This document shows, one piece after another, positions 63,425 to 64,000 of a stretch of 64,000 bases of DNA. The notes under the pieces are model-generated. The model had not been told where the DNA came from. It did not search any database and saw only the letters and a list, made by a program, of their open reading frames with translations. The stretch's first letter is position 1. Every line of letters starts with the position of its first letter. Made by a program: the position numbers and the translations under genes. The DNA is from Eledone cirrhosa (lineage: Eukaryota). The stretch lies in contig OZ024751.1 of the NCBI GenBank assembly GCA_964016885.1, positions 38,688,001 through 38,752,000 on the forward strand, read 5' to 3'.

Positions 63425-64000
63425 ATGTGATATATATATAAATGTGTGTGTATCCGTCTGTATGGATTTATTAGCCTCATTCACTAATTTAATTTCGAAT
63501 ACACGTTTGGTTGTGAATTTATTCGTAGAATTAATACAGAAAAGTCAGATTATACTGAAGAAATAATTAATAAAAGAAACCATTGTCCTGGATTATCCCA
63601 CATTAATTTATATTGGTAATTACTTGTTCTATCTTTGGTACGGCATTGGATTTGGATGTTTGTTGATGATGATGCAGTGAAAATGACATGGGAGAAATTA
63701 CTGTAAGAATTTCTTCATTATTTTATACAATTCTGACAATATTTGAGTTAGATGTATGGCGCCAATAGAACGGCAGAGCTTGTAGAAGCATAAAATGTAA
63801 AGAAACAAAATCACTCAATCTTTACAAAGGTTGATATAAAACGAATAAGATTTTTTTACAGAATAACATTTAAAGGAAGAATCTATTGGTTTGAACCAAA
63901 ATATAAAATAATCTAATTTTCGTTGCTTTCAGTTATATTTTCTTTCTTTTTTATAATTCATGTTTCCAAAAGTCATAATCATCTTCATAAAGTCAATGTT

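Overview
AT-rich, microsatellite-saturated animal non-coding DNA. The SINE families and repeat content resemble an octopus/cephalopod genome; this is from recollection and is not database-verified. No intact protein-coding gene is recognisable, and nearly all ORFs in the track are translations of (TA)n/(CA)n/(GA)n. The window holds many tRNA-derived SINE copies, three ~75-150 bp Tc1/mariner-type MITEs, RTE-LINE remnants and several multi-kb degenerate (TA)n arrays. The main discovery is at least four unrelated families (A-D) of tiny (75-580 bp) elements inserted in (TA)n. They share one architecture: an inverted 'arm', a forward 'arm' and a 55-85 nt unpaired tail, like the inverted pseudo-LTRs of Penelope-like retroelements. 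They carry type I hammerhead ribozyme folds: one near-canonical (26011-26063, minus strand) and others with variant cores (CAGAAGA, UUGAAAA). One family-A copy starts exactly at the predicted GUC cleavage site, consistent with a ribozyme-processed RNA template.
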